Below, in pieces: positions 1 through 10,636 of a DNA stretch of 64,000 nucleotides. How positions within the stretch are numbered: the first letter of the stretch is position 1; each line of letters starts with the position of its first letter. Source of the stretch: an uncultured Desulfobacter sp. GTDB lineage: Bacteria > Desulfobacterota > Desulfobacteria > Desulfobacterales > Desulfobacteraceae. The translations under genes and the position numbers were made by a program. Location: positions 3,744,001-3,808,000 of the forward strand of contig OY762069.1 in assembly GCA_963665095.1 (NCBI GenBank). Reading direction: 5' to 3'. The notes beneath the pieces are model-generated. The model had not been told where the DNA came from. It made no database searches and was given only the letters and a program-made list of their open reading frames with translations.

Positions 1-302
1 CCGGCGGAGAACAGCAGATGCTGGCAATTTCCAGGGCTCTGATGTCACGTCCCAGGGTTCTTTTGCTGGATGAGCCAAGTCTTGGACTGGCTCCCATTAT
101 TGTGAAACAGATTTTCAGTATTGTTAAAAAGATCAATAAAGACCAGAAGACGACGATCTTTATCGTTGAACAGAATGCCAACCTGGCCTTAAAAACCGCG
201 GACCGGGGTTATGTCATGGAAAACGGTGCCATCACCATGACGGATACAGGAGAGCGCCTTCTGGCCAATGAAGCCGTTAAAACCGCCTATCTTGGTATGT
301 AG
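1..302 (+). CDS. livF: Branched-chain amino acid ABC transporter ATP-binding subunit, C-terminal part (5' outside window)
   Basis: GGEQQMLAISRALMSRPRVLLLDEPSLGLAP...VEQNA: signature, Walker B and EQN motifs typical of LivF. Confidence 0.92.
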   Translation, partial: GGEQQMLAISRALMSRPRVLLLDEPSLGLAPIIVKQIFSIVKKINKDQKTTIFIVEQNANLALKTADRGYVMENGAITMTDTGERLLANEAVKTAYLGM

Positions 303-322
303 TCCGGATAGATAAAAAGCAA

Positions 323-354
323 TCCGGGCCGGCAACTGGATTTGCCGGCCCGGA
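323..354. terminator. Intrinsic terminator-like hairpin between convergent genes
   Basis: TCCGGGCCGGCAA / TTGCCGGCCCGGA 13-bp inverted repeat after the livF stop; no U-tract on the livF side. Confidence 0.55.
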
Positions 355-386
355 ATAAGAAAAGAAGAAAAAAGAAAATTTGAATC

Positions 387-572
387 TTATGATTTTTCGA
401 TGTCAGCCGTCCCTGCATGGAGAGTAGGATTCGCCGGACGGACGGAATTGGGTGTGAACTCAGGAACAGTCCCGACTCTATCGGGTTCTTTGAATACGGA
501 GACCTCTTTGTCAAATACTCTTAAACAATCAAAGATGTCACCCTGTACCGAATTTTCAGTTACCTCAATCAT
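387..572 (-). CDS. Small hypothetical protein (61 aa)
   Basis: ATG at 572 preceded by GGAGG; no recognisable motif. Confidence 0.4.
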   Translation of the reverse strand: MIEVTENSVQGDIFDCLRVFDKEVSVFKEPDRVGTVPEFTPNSVRPANPTLHAGTADIEKS

Positions 573-824
573 TTGCCTTCCTCCCTGAGTAAAGCTGTAA
601 AATTTCACCTTCGAGGAAATGATTCGGATTTTAACCCGGTTTTTCCTCTTTTACACATCTGCGAGAAAATATAACAAAGTCATTTAAGGCAAATCAATCG
701 GGGAATCCCTGATTTTTTTGACTTTTTTTGCTAAAAAACGATTATTTTGCGATGGCAGGCTGGAAAATGCCCGGAAAAATTCCCGGCAGGGGACAAATCA
801 AGTAAAAATCCGCCGGCGGCAGAT

Positions 825-998
825 CTATTCCACCTTAATAATTTTAACCACATGCCCCACCCAGTTCGGGGGCAAATAAATTCGCCCACTGTTACCGGAC
901 GCTTTAACCTCTTTTTCGATAATCTCTTCGCCGTACACCTCAAATTTTACCCGGGGCAGGAAAGCAGGCCGCTGTTCTTCTTCATTTTTCTCTTTCAT
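825..998 (-). CDS. DUF2080 family small protein (57 aa, below the ORF-track cut-off)
   Basis: Manual translation MKEKNEEEQRPAFLPRVKFEVYGEEIIEKEVKASGNSGRIYLPPNWVGHVVKIIKVE; the KxVKxSGNSGRxYLPxxWVG pattern is characteristic. Confidence 0.8.
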   Translation of the reverse strand: MKEKNEEEQRPAFLPRVKFEVYGEEIIEKEVKASGNSGRIYLPPNWVGHVVKIIKVE

Positions 999-1073
999 CT
1001 CTCACCCTTTATCAAAAATATCAGGTTATAATTTTTCTTCTGTTTATTCAAGGCAGCAGGCCGCCAGCAGCGG

Positions 1074-2417
1074 TTATTTTCTGAAAGCAACCGGCAGAAA
1101 CAGTGCGGTTCCCTCAGGCAGGTCATTGAAATCCAAAACCTGATTACCAGGCACCGGGCCCTGCCCGGGAATATAATAAACAACCCCGGCATTTTTAAAC
1201 TTTTTGCCGGCTATCCCGTAGGCCGTCTTATCCGTTGAAATGGTAAACGGCCCTTTATACCCGACCACCAGGCGGGTGCCGGCAGGCAGGTCATCCCAGT
1301 CCGAAATAGCAGAACCGGGAAGGACGGAACCTGATGGCAGAAAGTAGATGGTGGTTGCCGAACTGTAATCACGTCCCGCATGGGACCAGGCCGTCATCTG
1401 CCCTGAAATGGTTTTTACGGTTTGCTTTGCCTGCCGCCGGACCTGTTCGGTTTCCTGGTTCAGCAGTACCTTTGTACCGGCAGGCAGACGGTCCCAACCC
1501 AGGTCTTTGGAAATCCGGTCTCCGGGCAGGGTTTTGCCCCCGGGCAGCAGGTAAACAGTGGCAGGGGCATCATATTCTTCCCCGGCAATGGCCCAGGCAG
1601 AATTATTCTTTGAGATAATATCAGACTCAATCTGTGAGGCCAGGGGTTGCCGCGCGGCCAGATCCGTATCTGGTGTCGCGTAAAAAACACAGGCCAGCAC
1701 AGGATCTGCCATAAGCCTGCCCGACCTGACATCCGGGTCGTACGTCCAGGTTGGCCCAAGCCCGGCCAGGCGCCTGTCAAAATTTTTCGCACAGCGCTTT
1801 CGTCCCCTGTGATCTTTGGCAAACCAGGGATTGGGGCGGCCATATGCAATCTGGCTGTGGGTTAAGATATCCTTATCTGTCAAGCCGTATACCTGCTTGA
1901 GAATATGAAGGAGCATGCCTGCCGACCGGTACTGCTTTTGGGTTAGGGGGGCATAATGGTATCCCACAAATTCAATGCCCACAGATACCGAACTGATATC
2001 CGTCATACCGTTCCACATGGAGATTCCTGCATGATCGGCTCTGAATTTTTTATCCAGAATCCGGTATACGGTTCCATTTCTGGCAACAACATAATTGGCA
2101 TGCCCGCCGGGTGTGGTACGGCCGTTTGCAAACTGCTTACCCTGGGAAACCACTTTTAAGGTGCTTTCAAGGCCAAGTTCGGATGTATGTACAATAATCA
2201 GTAGAGTCCTGGATCTTGCTTTCTTTTTATAGGCCGAGTTGAGACTGGACCGGTAATCTATAATGCTGTTTTGAAACCGGTTAAGTTCTGTGACGGAATA
2301 GCAGGCCGCCGGCCCCGGCAACGCACAGAAAAGCTGAAAAAATACGATCCCCATGTAAACTGCCGGGAGGGCAGCTCTTAGCTTAAACAAGTTTATGGCC
2401 GGCCGGTTTCTGTACAT
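1074..2417 (-). CDS. N-acetylmuramoyl-L-alanine amidase (Amidase_2/AmpD-like) with C-terminal repeats
   Basis: IIVHTSE, HANYVV, ADHAG, SVGIEFVG, ILTHSQI motifs; hydrophobic N-terminus; repeated W-D-x-L-P-A-G-T units. Confidence 0.85.
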   Translation of the reverse strand: MYRNRPAINLFKLRAALPAVYMGIVFFQLFCALPGPAACYSVTELNRFQNSIIDYRSSLNSAYKKKARSRTLLIIVHTSELGLESTLKVVSQGKQFANGRTTPGGHANYVVARNGTVYRILDKKFRADHAGISMWNGMTDISSVSVGIEFVGYHYAPLTQKQYRSAGMLLHILKQVYGLTDKDILTHSQIAYGRPNPWFAKDHRGRKRCAKNFDRRLAGLGPTWTYDPDVRSGRLMADPVLACVFYATPDTDLAARQPLASQIESDIISKNNSAWAIAGEEYDAPATVYLLPGGKTLPGDRISKDLGWDRLPAGTKVLLNQETEQVRRQAKQTVKTISGQMTAWSHAGRDYSSATTIYFLPSGSVLPGSAISDWDDLPAGTRLVVGYKGPFTISTDKTAYGIAGKKFKNAGVVYYIPGQGPVPGNQVLDFNDLPEGTALFLPVAFRK

Positions 2418-2551
2418 GGACCGGCAGTATACCAGCCCGGGCTTATTAAAGAAAGGGACGGAAAAAGAAAACGCCTGCTATTCAGTGGTTTTAACGGAGG
2501 AGGGCATTAAAACACACAAATAGCAGGCGCCATATAAACCCCCGACAGCGT

Positions 2552-4558
2552 TTAAATTTTAAAATGGCCCACCAGCTCATCAAGGCTTTCCGCCAGTTCG
2601 GACAGCTCTTCCGCACTGGTTTCTATCCTGAGGCTGCGATCTGCCATATTGGCGGAAGACTGGTTCACCCTGTCAATATCTTTCGTGATCGTTTCTGCGA
2701 CCGTTGCGCTCAGACTCACGTTCCGGTTCACCTCATCAATGCCGGAAGAGGCATTGGTGATATTGTCGCTGATTTCCCGAGTGGCGGAAGACTGCTGTTC
2801 AACCGCTGTGGCGATCTCGGATACAATCTCATTGACCCTGGAAATAATCTTGGACACCTGCTCCATACCAGACATTGAGCCCTGGGCACTTTTCTGGATA
2901 TTATCAATTTTGTCCTTGATATCCTGGGACGCTTCTGATGTCTGGCTTGCCAATTCCTTGATTTCATTGGCCACTACGGCGAACCCCTTACCGGCCTCCC
3001 CTGCCCTGGCCGCCTCAATGGTAGCATTCAGGGAGAGAAGATTGACCTGTTCCGAAATGTCGGTAATGGTCTCCACCACCTGACCGATGGCCTGTGCCGC
3101 ATCACCGAGCTGGTTCATCCGTTCCGTGGACTCTCCCACCGTGGTGACGGCATTGCCGGCAACCTCCCGGGCAGTCTCCGTATTCCTGCTGATGGCCTCA
3201 ATGGTGGCATGCATCTGGTCGGCGGCATTGGCCACCATGGTAATATTATGAGTGGACTCTTCCATGGCCGCAGAGACTGAATTCATGTTCGTGGTCATCT
3301 CTTCGGCAGCAGACGCCACAGACCCGGACCGCTCTGACATGCTGGCGGCACTGTTGGCGACCTCTTCTGAAACCGTAGCCAGTTGTGCCGATGATTCTGA
3401 CAGGGTATGCACCCCTTTGGAAATATCTGTTATCATGTGCTGCAATTTTTCAATAAACACATTAAAGGTATGGGATAGAATCCCCACCTCGTCCCTCGAT
3501 GACACCGGCAGGCGACGGGTGAGATCCCCTTCCCCCTCTGCCATGGCTTTAAGTTCCATCACGGCCCGGTTGACAGGGACTGCGAAACTTCTGGCAGCAA
3601 AGTAAAGAATAACGGCCACGACCACAAGAATCACCAGCCCGATCACAACACTGTAGATAATAATTTCATTTACATACGCCCATAACTCATGCAGATCCTG
3701 GGTAACGGCAATACTCCAGCCGGTCATGGGAAGACTTGCATACCCGGCCTGCTTGTCTACACCTTTGAAGATATATGTATCATGGCCATCTTTTCCGGCC
3801 AGCATGTGGGCTGTAATTTCTTCCATGCCCTTCAGGGTTTTGACATTCAGTTCAAACACAAGATCTTTGTTGGGATGGGCAATAATCATCCCGGTTTCAT
3901 CCACCATAAACGGGTATCCGGTTTTCCCCACCTTAAAGTCCGTTAACTGACTGGCAAAGGCCTCAAGCTTGAGCACAATCGCAAAAATGCCTGCGAAACG
4001 GCCGCTTTTGTCTGTTTGAGGTACGGCCAGAACAATCGCATTTTCGCCGCTGCCCTCTGACTTGATTGGTTTTCCAATGACAGGCTGTCCCTTGTCCCTT
4101 GCCCGGGCAAAATACGCTCTGTCACCAATACTGACTTTTTTTTTCAGCATGGTCCCGCCATAACTGTCAGCCACAATATTTCCCTGCCTGTCTGAAATAA
4201 AATAAAAATCAATATCCTGCCCTACCTTTTTATGGACCTGCTGAAAATATTGGTTCAGCTCATTCAAAATAGGACGGGAATTATCTGTACCCTGCTCGGC
4301 CACCTGAAAGACAGCCTCCTTCACAAGGGGGACCATAGCCATTTCCTGGGCGGCACTTAATTCTGCCTTTAAAAAATTTTGCGTGGCTTTTGCCATGAAC
4401 ATGGCAATTCGTTCCGAATTTTCTAACCCGATTGAAAGCAGCGATTGTGACGATATGTTAACAGCCACTATTCCGACACTGCATATGGAGGCGAGAACAG
4501 CAATCAACCCGCCGGCAATAAGTTTAACACTCAGTCGGAAATCTTTAATTCGTTTCAT
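2552..4558 (-). CDS. Methyl-accepting chemotaxis protein (dCache, HAMP, MCP signal domains)
   Basis: Two TM segments; [42 protein letters not shown] before ATG 4558. Confidence 0.95.
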   Translation of the reverse strand: MKRIKDFRLSVKLIAGGLIAVLASICSVGIVAVNISSQSLLSIGLENSERIAMFMAKATQNFLKAELSAAQEMAMVPLVKEAVFQVAEQGTDNSRPILNELNQYFQQVHKKVGQDIDFYFISDRQGNIVADSYGGTMLKKKVSIGDRAYFARARDKGQPVIGKPIKSEGSGENAIVLAVPQTDKSGRFAGIFAIVLKLEAFASQLTDFKVGKTGYPFMVDETGMIIAHPNKDLVFELNVKTLKGMEEITAHMLAGKDGHDTYIFKGVDKQAGYASLPMTGWSIAVTQDLHELWAYVNEIIIYSVVIGLVILVVVAVILYFAARSFAVPVNRAVMELKAMAEGEGDLTRRLPVSSRDEVGILSHTFNVFIEKLQHMITDISKGVHTLSESSAQLATVSEEVANSAASMSERSGSVASAAEEMTTNMNSVSAAMEESTHNITMVANAADQMHATIEAISRNTETAREVAGNAVTTVGESTERMNQLGDAAQAIGQVVETITDISEQVNLLSLNATIEAARAGEAGKGFAVVANEIKELASQTSEASQDIKDKIDNIQKSAQGSMSGMEQVSKIISRVNEIVSEIATAVEQQSSATREISDNITNASSGIDEVNRNVSLSATVAETITKDIDRVNQSSANMADRSLRIETSAEELSELAESLDELVGHFKI

Positions 4559-4926
4559 ACCCCCTCCTTGACCCTGCATTCAGTTTGTCTTTTTAAAATG
4601 AATTTATCTTTGCTGGCCAATACCAGACCTGAAAAAACGCAACGGTTATGAGCTAAAACGCCCCGCCTGAAATATAGACCTTACATTTCAGTGTTTATGT
4701 CAGATAGTAATAGGCGGTTCAGAAATTTTTTCACAGAATTTGGTTCAGCCTATCTTAAATACGAAAAAAAAACAAGCCCGGATCGGTCAACGAGAAATTT
4801 TCTTCTTCACTGCAAGATTCATTTCATCAACCTGTTACAATACAGGTAGGAGTTGAATCAACAAAGATATACAGAAAGGGGTATCTCACCAGACTGACGA
4901 TAAGGCGAATCCGCACGGCCGTTACA

Positions 4927-5775
4927 TCAGACGATAAACCGGGCAAGGTCCGCAGCCCGTTCATAAACTGGCGCAATCATCTCCGCAATGGTTTCCTGTT
5001 CCACCCCGTACTCATCCTGGGCCAGTTCAAACATTTCAGCCATTCCGGAATTAGCGTCCTCTTCCCGAAGGATGCCGACAATTCTTACAGGACCCAGCGC
5101 TACATGGTTTTTCACCTCAGCACCATGGTGTCCGCGAATGGCCGCTGCGATATTTTCAGGCAGCCCCCATTCCGCACAGATCCAGGATGCGACCTCCGTA
5201 TGATCCCAGGGAAAAATCTTTCGTTCCAGCTCAGCCAGATCCCCCCCCTTCTCCTGCCAGTGCTTAAAAATGGCCTCATACTCTTTGGCCCTTTGCTGGG
5301 CCAGGAACGGCAGGGCCAGGTCCTGGAGAAATGCGCCTGTAAAACACTCAGACTCCTTGGACGGGCAGATGATTTGGGCCAGTTCGTTGGCCAGAAAGGC
5401 CCGACGGGCACTGGTCAGCCAGAATCCTGACATATTATGGAATGGACAGGTCCGTTTAGGCATGCTTTTGGCGACACCCACCCCCAGCACCAGAGACTCA
5501 AGCTGGGACATTCCCACAAGCGCAATGGCCTGGGTTAAATTTTCAATTTCCTTGGTTGGCGAAAACGCGGCGGAATTGGCAATTCGCAACACTTTCACCG
5601 AAATTCCCGGATCCATGGAAAGGGTTTCTGCAATGGCGGAAGCTGAAGAATATGGGCTTCTTATTTTCTGGAGGATCTGCATCACCACCGCAGGGAATGA
5701 GGGCAGCTCATAATTCTTAAGGACTTTTTTTAAGTTTTGTTTTGGATCTGTTTTACCTTTGAAAAAAGTGAACAT
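4927..5775 (-). CDS. HDOD domain protein
   Basis: LPSFP...DPGISVKVLRIANSA...AIALVG...DHTEV...WGLP...IRGHH. Confidence 0.9.
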   Translation of the reverse strand: MFTFFKGKTDPKQNLKKVLKNYELPSFPAVVMQILQKIRSPYSSASAIAETLSMDPGISVKVLRIANSAAFSPTKEIENLTQAIALVGMSQLESLVLGVGVAKSMPKRTCPFHNMSGFWLTSARRAFLANELAQIICPSKESECFTGAFLQDLALPFLAQQRAKEYEAIFKHWQEKGGDLAELERKIFPWDHTEVASWICAEWGLPENIAAAIRGHHGAEVKNHVALGPVRIVGILREEDANSGMAEMFELAQDEYGVEQETIAEMIAPVYERAADLARFIV

Positions 5776-5794
5776 AGAGGATCATCCTGATATT

Positions 5795-6886
5795 TTATTC
5801 AGCACGCCGTGCCATTTTATTTCCAAGAATGCTCAACAATCCGCCAAGGCTCATATATCCGGTAACCGCCTGGGTTGTGGCAATGATCTGGGCCGTCACA
5901 GACGACGGTGTAATATCGCCGTATCCAAGTGTGGTCAGGGTCACAAAACTGAAATACACAGAAGAGAACCAGGTTTCATGACGCCCATAATCTATATCTA
6001 CGATGGTATACAAAATTGCAAAGCCAATGGTGGTTACAAACAAAAAAATAAACCATCGGGTCAGACTGCGGCCGCAATCCGAGGTCAGCCACCAGAGCCA
6101 GTAAATATAATTATGAAACCGGCTCTGGGTCTTAAACTCATACAGATAATTCTCATCTGAAATATGGCGGCGAACCAGATAGGCACCCCGAAGATCCATA
6201 TCCCTGATATCCGCGCCGACCCAGCCGGAAGTTTTAAAATTTTTGATTCCCGTCAGCCGGCACCGCCTTAAATCTGCCAGATCAAACCGGGTTTTGTATA
6301 CATTACTGTTTTTCAGATCACTTTCACAAAGGCAGGCACGGGTAAGGACAGTTTTTGACAGGTCTGCCTCCGTAAGCCTTGCCCCTGTCAGATCAACCGC
6401 CCGAAGGTCTGCTTTATACAGGTTTGAATGACTGAATACGGCATTGGTAAACTTTGCATTGATCAGACTGGTATAGGCCAGATCTGAACCGCCGAACCCG
6501 CAGTGTTTGCCCTGACATTCATTCAGCCTTGCCCATCGCAGATCTGCACCGAGGAACTCACATTCGTCAAGCACAGCCTTCTCAAGCCCCGCATAAAGAA
6601 ACAGACTGTGGCCCAGGTTTGCGCCACTTAAATTCACCCGGTTCATATGGGCAAATGAAAAATCATACCCGGACAGATCCAGCCCGGACAGGTCCTGATG
6701 ATTCAAATTGATTCCTCTAAGATCCAGTTGCAAAGGGCGCCTTGGATTTCCCGGATCGCACGACGTTTTAATCGTTTGGATCATGGCGTCTCCCAGGGTG
6801 CCCTCACCGTCAGGGTTGGCCTGCTGCCAACGGTGTTCAAAGGCCTGAATCTCCAATTCAGAATGCTGGATACCCTTTTTTTTCAT
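5795..6886 (-). CDS. Pentapeptide-repeat protein fused to a 2-TM potassium channel domain
   Basis: A(D/N)Lxx repeats followed by YFSFVTLTTLGYGDITP selectivity filter. Confidence 0.9.
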   Translation of the reverse strand: MKKKGIQHSELEIQAFEHRWQQANPDGEGTLGDAMIQTIKTSCDPGNPRRPLQLDLRGINLNHQDLSGLDLSGYDFSFAHMNRVNLSGANLGHSLFLYAGLEKAVLDECEFLGADLRWARLNECQGKHCGFGGSDLAYTSLINAKFTNAVFSHSNLYKADLRAVDLTGARLTEADLSKTVLTRACLCESDLKNSNVYKTRFDLADLRRCRLTGIKNFKTSGWVGADIRDMDLRGAYLVRRHISDENYLYEFKTQSRFHNYIYWLWWLTSDCGRSLTRWFIFLFVTTIGFAILYTIVDIDYGRHETWFSSVYFSFVTLTTLGYGDITPSSVTAQIIATTQAVTGYMSLGGLLSILGNKMARRAE

Positions 6887-7175
6887 GCCGACCTTATTAT
6901 TGGAATGTGGAAAAATATATTAATTACGCTGCTAATTGCTTGTTAAAAATAAATTACATTATGACGACGGGAAAGACAAAGCTTTTTTTCTTGACCCGGA
7001 GATAAGACATCCCTATTGTGACGCCATAGGCAGTACCCGTCCGGAATCAGCCTTTTGCAGAATCTTAGGACGGAAACGATGCAGTGCGGTCTTTCGTTAA
7101 ATATTACACAGGAAATCGTAATTATGCAACGATCGGCGCGCAGGAAAAAGGATTTTTAATCTTAAAGGAAATATT

Positions 7176-7544
7176 ATGGGATTTACCTTAGATCATTTTA
7201 ATATTAATGTGCTGGACCTTGAAAAGAGTCTGGTATTTTATGAAAAAGCACTGGGACTAACGGAATTAAGAAGAAAAACCGCCCATGACGGCAGCTATAT
7301 TATTGTCTTCCTGACAGATAACCAGTCGGCGAACAAATTGGAACTGACCTGGCTCAAAGAACGGGACACCCCTTACGATCTTGGAGATGAAGAATTTCAC
7401 ATTGCCTTTAAAACAGATGACTTTCAAGCGGCCCATGCCCTTCATGAAGAGATGGGGTGTATCTGTTATGAAAATAAGGATATGGGCATCTACTTTATTA
7501 ATGATCCGGATGGGTATTGGCTGGAAGTTGTGCCGGTCCGATAA
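7176..7544 (+). CDS. gloA: Glyoxalase I / VOC family protein
   Basis: HFNINVLDLEKSLVFY...LELTW...HIAF...DPDGYWLEV. Confidence 0.8.
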   Translation: MGFTLDHFNINVLDLEKSLVFYEKALGLTELRRKTAHDGSYIIVFLTDNQSANKLELTWLKERDTPYDLGDEEFHIAFKTDDFQAAHALHEEMGCICYENKDMGIYFINDPDGYWLEVVPVR

Positions 7545-7559
7545 ATAGAGGGAGAGGGA

Positions 7560-9218
7560 ATGCCCTCAAAATTCAAGGATGTCATACGGCAGTTCATGCA
7601 TCCGTCACCGGACAAGCCTGAAACAGCACTGTTCGGGTTTTATCTGCTGACCATGGTGGCCGTTTTTCTGGCTCTGGTCGTTATCCTGCTCATGAACCTT
7701 TCAACCCCTGTTGAATTTTCCAGAAACAGGCTGCATGAAATTATCGGCGCTCACAAGGGCTTCCACACAATCCTGCAACTTTGTCTTCTGCTCCTGGTTA
7801 CAGGCGTTGCTAGCCTGCCCCTGCTCTGGATACTGAAACAGGTATTAAAACCTGTCCGTTGTTATCTGGTGCGGCCGCCGGATCAGCCTGGCCAGCAGGT
7901 GTTAAAACAAAAGGCCGGCCAGCGCCTGATCAACTTGCCGTTTATCATGGTCCCGATGAACCTCATTCTGTGGATCATCACCCCGGCTATGATACTGGGG
8001 GGACTGTTCTTCTTTGGCAGAATGGATTTCACGACGGCAGTCACCTTTGGCATCCGCTCCGTCATGGTAGGCATCACTTCCTGCGGCCTGCTGTTTTTCC
8101 TTTTGGAAACCCATGCCCGCCACACCCTGATCCCGGTATTCTTTCCCAAAGGCCGGCTCACCAGCGCGAAAAAAGCCAAACGAATCTCCATTGAACGGCG
8201 GATCCGGGCCTTTTACCGGATGGGCAGCCTGATCCCTCTGCTCCACATTGTTTTAACCCTGTTTGCCCTCTATCTCCAGGTGAACACCTATCCTGTACCC
8301 ACAGAAGCGTATGCAAAGTCAGTTCTGTTGTTTTCCCTGGTGGTGTTTGGCATTTTTTTCTTTGGTACCGGCATCTTTACCCGGCTGATTTCCCGGTCCA
8401 TTGCAGATCCGGTTAATGACATGCTTCTAGTGGTAAACCAGGTGAAGCAGGGCAATTTTACCTCCCAGACCCGGGTGGTCACCAATGACGAAATCGGGGT
8501 CCTCGGAGATGCCGTGAACCAGGCCATCCAGGGCCTTGGGGAAGGGCAGCTCCTCAGGGATGCATTTGGCCGTTATGTGGACCCCAGGATCCGGGACGAA
8601 ATCCTGTCCGGCCGCATCCCCCTGGATGGAGAGTACAAATCCGTGACCGTGCTGTTTGCTGATCTTCGGGACTTCACCCCTTTTACCGCAGCCTATGATC
8701 CCAAAACCGTTGTTATGATGATCAATGCCTATTTCAAGGCCATGGAAATCGCCATTGCAGCAAACAAGGGATTGATCCTGCAGTTTTTAGGCGATGAGAT
8801 CTATGCGGTGTTCGGGGCGCCAGTGTCCGATCCCCGGCACGCGTCCAATGCGGTGAGTGCCGCCCTTGATATGGAATCCCGGCTTACAGAGCTGAATCGC
8901 GAATTCAAAGAAAAAAAACTGCCCAGCCTCTCCCACGGCATCGGCATCCACACAGGCCAGGTCCTGGCCGCCAATATCGGCAGCCCCAACCGGCTCTCCT
9001 ATCTTCTGGTGGGTGATACCGTGAACCTGGCCTCACGCCTCCAGAAAAAAACCCGTGATCTTGACGTGGCCATGATCGTCTCCCAGGAGACGGTCACGAA
9101 CCTGGAGCAGGATCCTGGAATTTTATCCATCAGGCCCCACAAAGAGTCCATTATGGTAAAAGGATGGGACAAACCAGTGGCCGTTTATGTTCGGGAACGG
9201 CCGGACCAGACGATTTAA
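7560..9218 (+). CDS. Membrane class III adenylate/guanylate cyclase with HAMP domain
   Basis: Multiple TMs; VTVLFADLRDFT, FLGDEI, GIGIHTG, GDTVNLASRL. Confidence 0.92.
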   Translation: MPSKFKDVIRQFMHPSPDKPETALFGFYLLTMVAVFLALVVILLMNLSTPVEFSRNRLHEIIGAHKGFHTILQLCLLLLVTGVASLPLLWILKQVLKPVRCYLVRPPDQPGQQVLKQKAGQRLINLPFIMVPMNLILWIITPAMILGGLFFFGRMDFTTAVTFGIRSVMVGITSCGLLFFLLETHARHTLIPVFFPKGRLTSAKKAKRISIERRIRAFYRMGSLIPLLHIVLTLFALYLQVNTYPVPTEAYAKSVLLFSLVVFGIFFFGTGIFTRLISRSIADPVNDMLLVVNQVKQGNFTSQTRVVTNDEIGVLGDAVNQAIQGLGEGQLLRDAFGRYVDPRIRDEILSGRIPLDGEYKSVTVLFADLRDFTPFTAAYDPKTVVMMINAYFKAMEIAIAANKGLILQFLGDEIYAVFGAPVSDPRHASNAVSAALDMESRLTELNREFKEKKLPSLSHGIGIHTGQVLAANIGSPNRLSYLLVGDTVNLASRLQKKTRDLDVAMIVSQETVTNLEQDPGILSIRPHKESIMVKGWDKPVAVYVRERPDQTI

Positions 9219-9602
9219 TATCGGGTTTAGCTGAATTTCGACAATTAATTTACTCAAAAACAGAAAAAGCAGAGGTTATGAGAAGCACGATGATAACGGA
9301 CGGTCCGTTTGCTGTAAAATATGCCCCGGAACCACAGCTGAAATTATGACAAATTTCAAAACCATACCTACAACTGTCGAACCGGAAAAATAGACTGGAG
9401 GTCAAACTCGCTCCAGCGAAAGCCAGCCCCCTTCCTACGGGCAGTAATTGTGATGCCCATTCTCAAGGCAAGGGACTGGCTTTCACTTTCGCTATCTTGC
9501 AGGGTAATTTGGAAAAATAAACAATGACACAGCGTTTCTAAACCATCCCTTTTGAACACTGGGGTCATTGTAGCCTTTTCATCGGAAACGATTACCGGCT
9601 GC

Positions 9603-10580
9603 TTATTTCTGGCCTGAAAAAAAACGAAGCGGATTATCAACGAGCATGGTGTTGATTTGCTCATCTGTAATGGCGGCTTTTTTTAACTCAGGCACAATAT
9701 CTTTAATAAAATGGGTGGAATTCCAATTATCAAGCGCCGGGCCCAAACTGACAGGCCTGCCCAGCCAGTAATTTACTTTGTCTTGTGATACCATAATATT
9801 ATCAACGTATCCTGCGCCTATCAACCCGATCAGACATGCTATCCGTCTGTCATCATTGGGAGCACCCCACCCTCCCTGGACACCAAAACGGTCAAAACCG
9901 ATAAACACACCTTTTTCCATGATACTCATCAGATAATCAAGATCCGTATTGCAGCAGCAATGACCAATTAAAACCTTAGAGGGCTCAACCCCTTCGGAAA
10001 GTAACAGATCCGCCTGTTCTATACCCTGAGAACCTTCCTGGGTATGAGTGATGATTGATATGTTCTCTTCTGTGGAAACCTTTGCCGCAGCTTTGAAAAA
10101 GGCTTTTTCATACGCTGTTATTTCATCTTTGCTGGAAGCCAGTTTAAATACACCAGCCTTGACACCTGTTTTGCCGATTCCCTCAGTGACTTCTCTTTTA
10201 AACAGATCATAAACTTCGCCGGCCATATCACCACCCAGCGCATCCCTGATTTTAAAATAGGCAGGAGCACCTTCTCCTTCATAATAATATCCGCTTGAGC
10301 AAATGATATTCAGGCCTGTCTCCTCTGATACTTTTTTCAACAGCAACGGATTCCTGCCGCAGTCATTAGGCGTTGCATCAACCACGGTTTTTATCCCGCT
10401 TTTTTTTATTTCTGTGGCAACAGCTATGGAATGGCTCAATGCTTCATCTTCTTTGTCTGTGTATCCGCTGTCCCCCTGCCATCCAGGGTAACCAAAAGCA
10501 AAATGTTCATGAATCAACGTTTTACCAAGCATATCCGCAGAAATTTTGCCTGTAACTGTGTTTGTTTCCAATTTGCCCAT
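9603..10580 (-). CDS. Phosphotriesterase-related amidohydrolase
   Basis: TLIHEH, VDATP..GRNP, ITHT, IGHC, FDRFG, VSQD metal-binding motifs. Confidence 0.9.
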   Translation of the reverse strand: MGKLETNTVTGKISADMLGKTLIHEHFAFGYPGWQGDSGYTDKEDEALSHSIAVATEIKKSGIKTVVDATPNDCGRNPLLLKKVSEETGLNIICSSGYYYEGEGAPAYFKIRDALGGDMAGEVYDLFKREVTEGIGKTGVKAGVFKLASSKDEITAYEKAFFKAAAKVSTEENISIITHTQEGSQGIEQADLLLSEGVEPSKVLIGHCCCNTDLDYLMSIMEKGVFIGFDRFGVQGGWGAPNDDRRIACLIGLIGAGYVDNIMVSQDKVNYWLGRPVSLGPALDNWNSTHFIKDIVPELKKAAITDEQINTMLVDNPLRFFSGQK

Positions 10581-10636
10581 TTTCCCCCCTTTGATTGTTT
10601 TGTTGAAAATTTGATTTAATTATCTGACACTATGTT

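Noticed and set aside
4580..4926. Riboswitch upstream of the MCP gene
   Set aside because: No recognisable c-di-GMP or other aptamer motif by eye; an Rfam scan would be needed.
9219..9602. ORFs 9164-9349 and 9368-9664
   Set aside because: They overlap real genes and lack an RBS or motifs.
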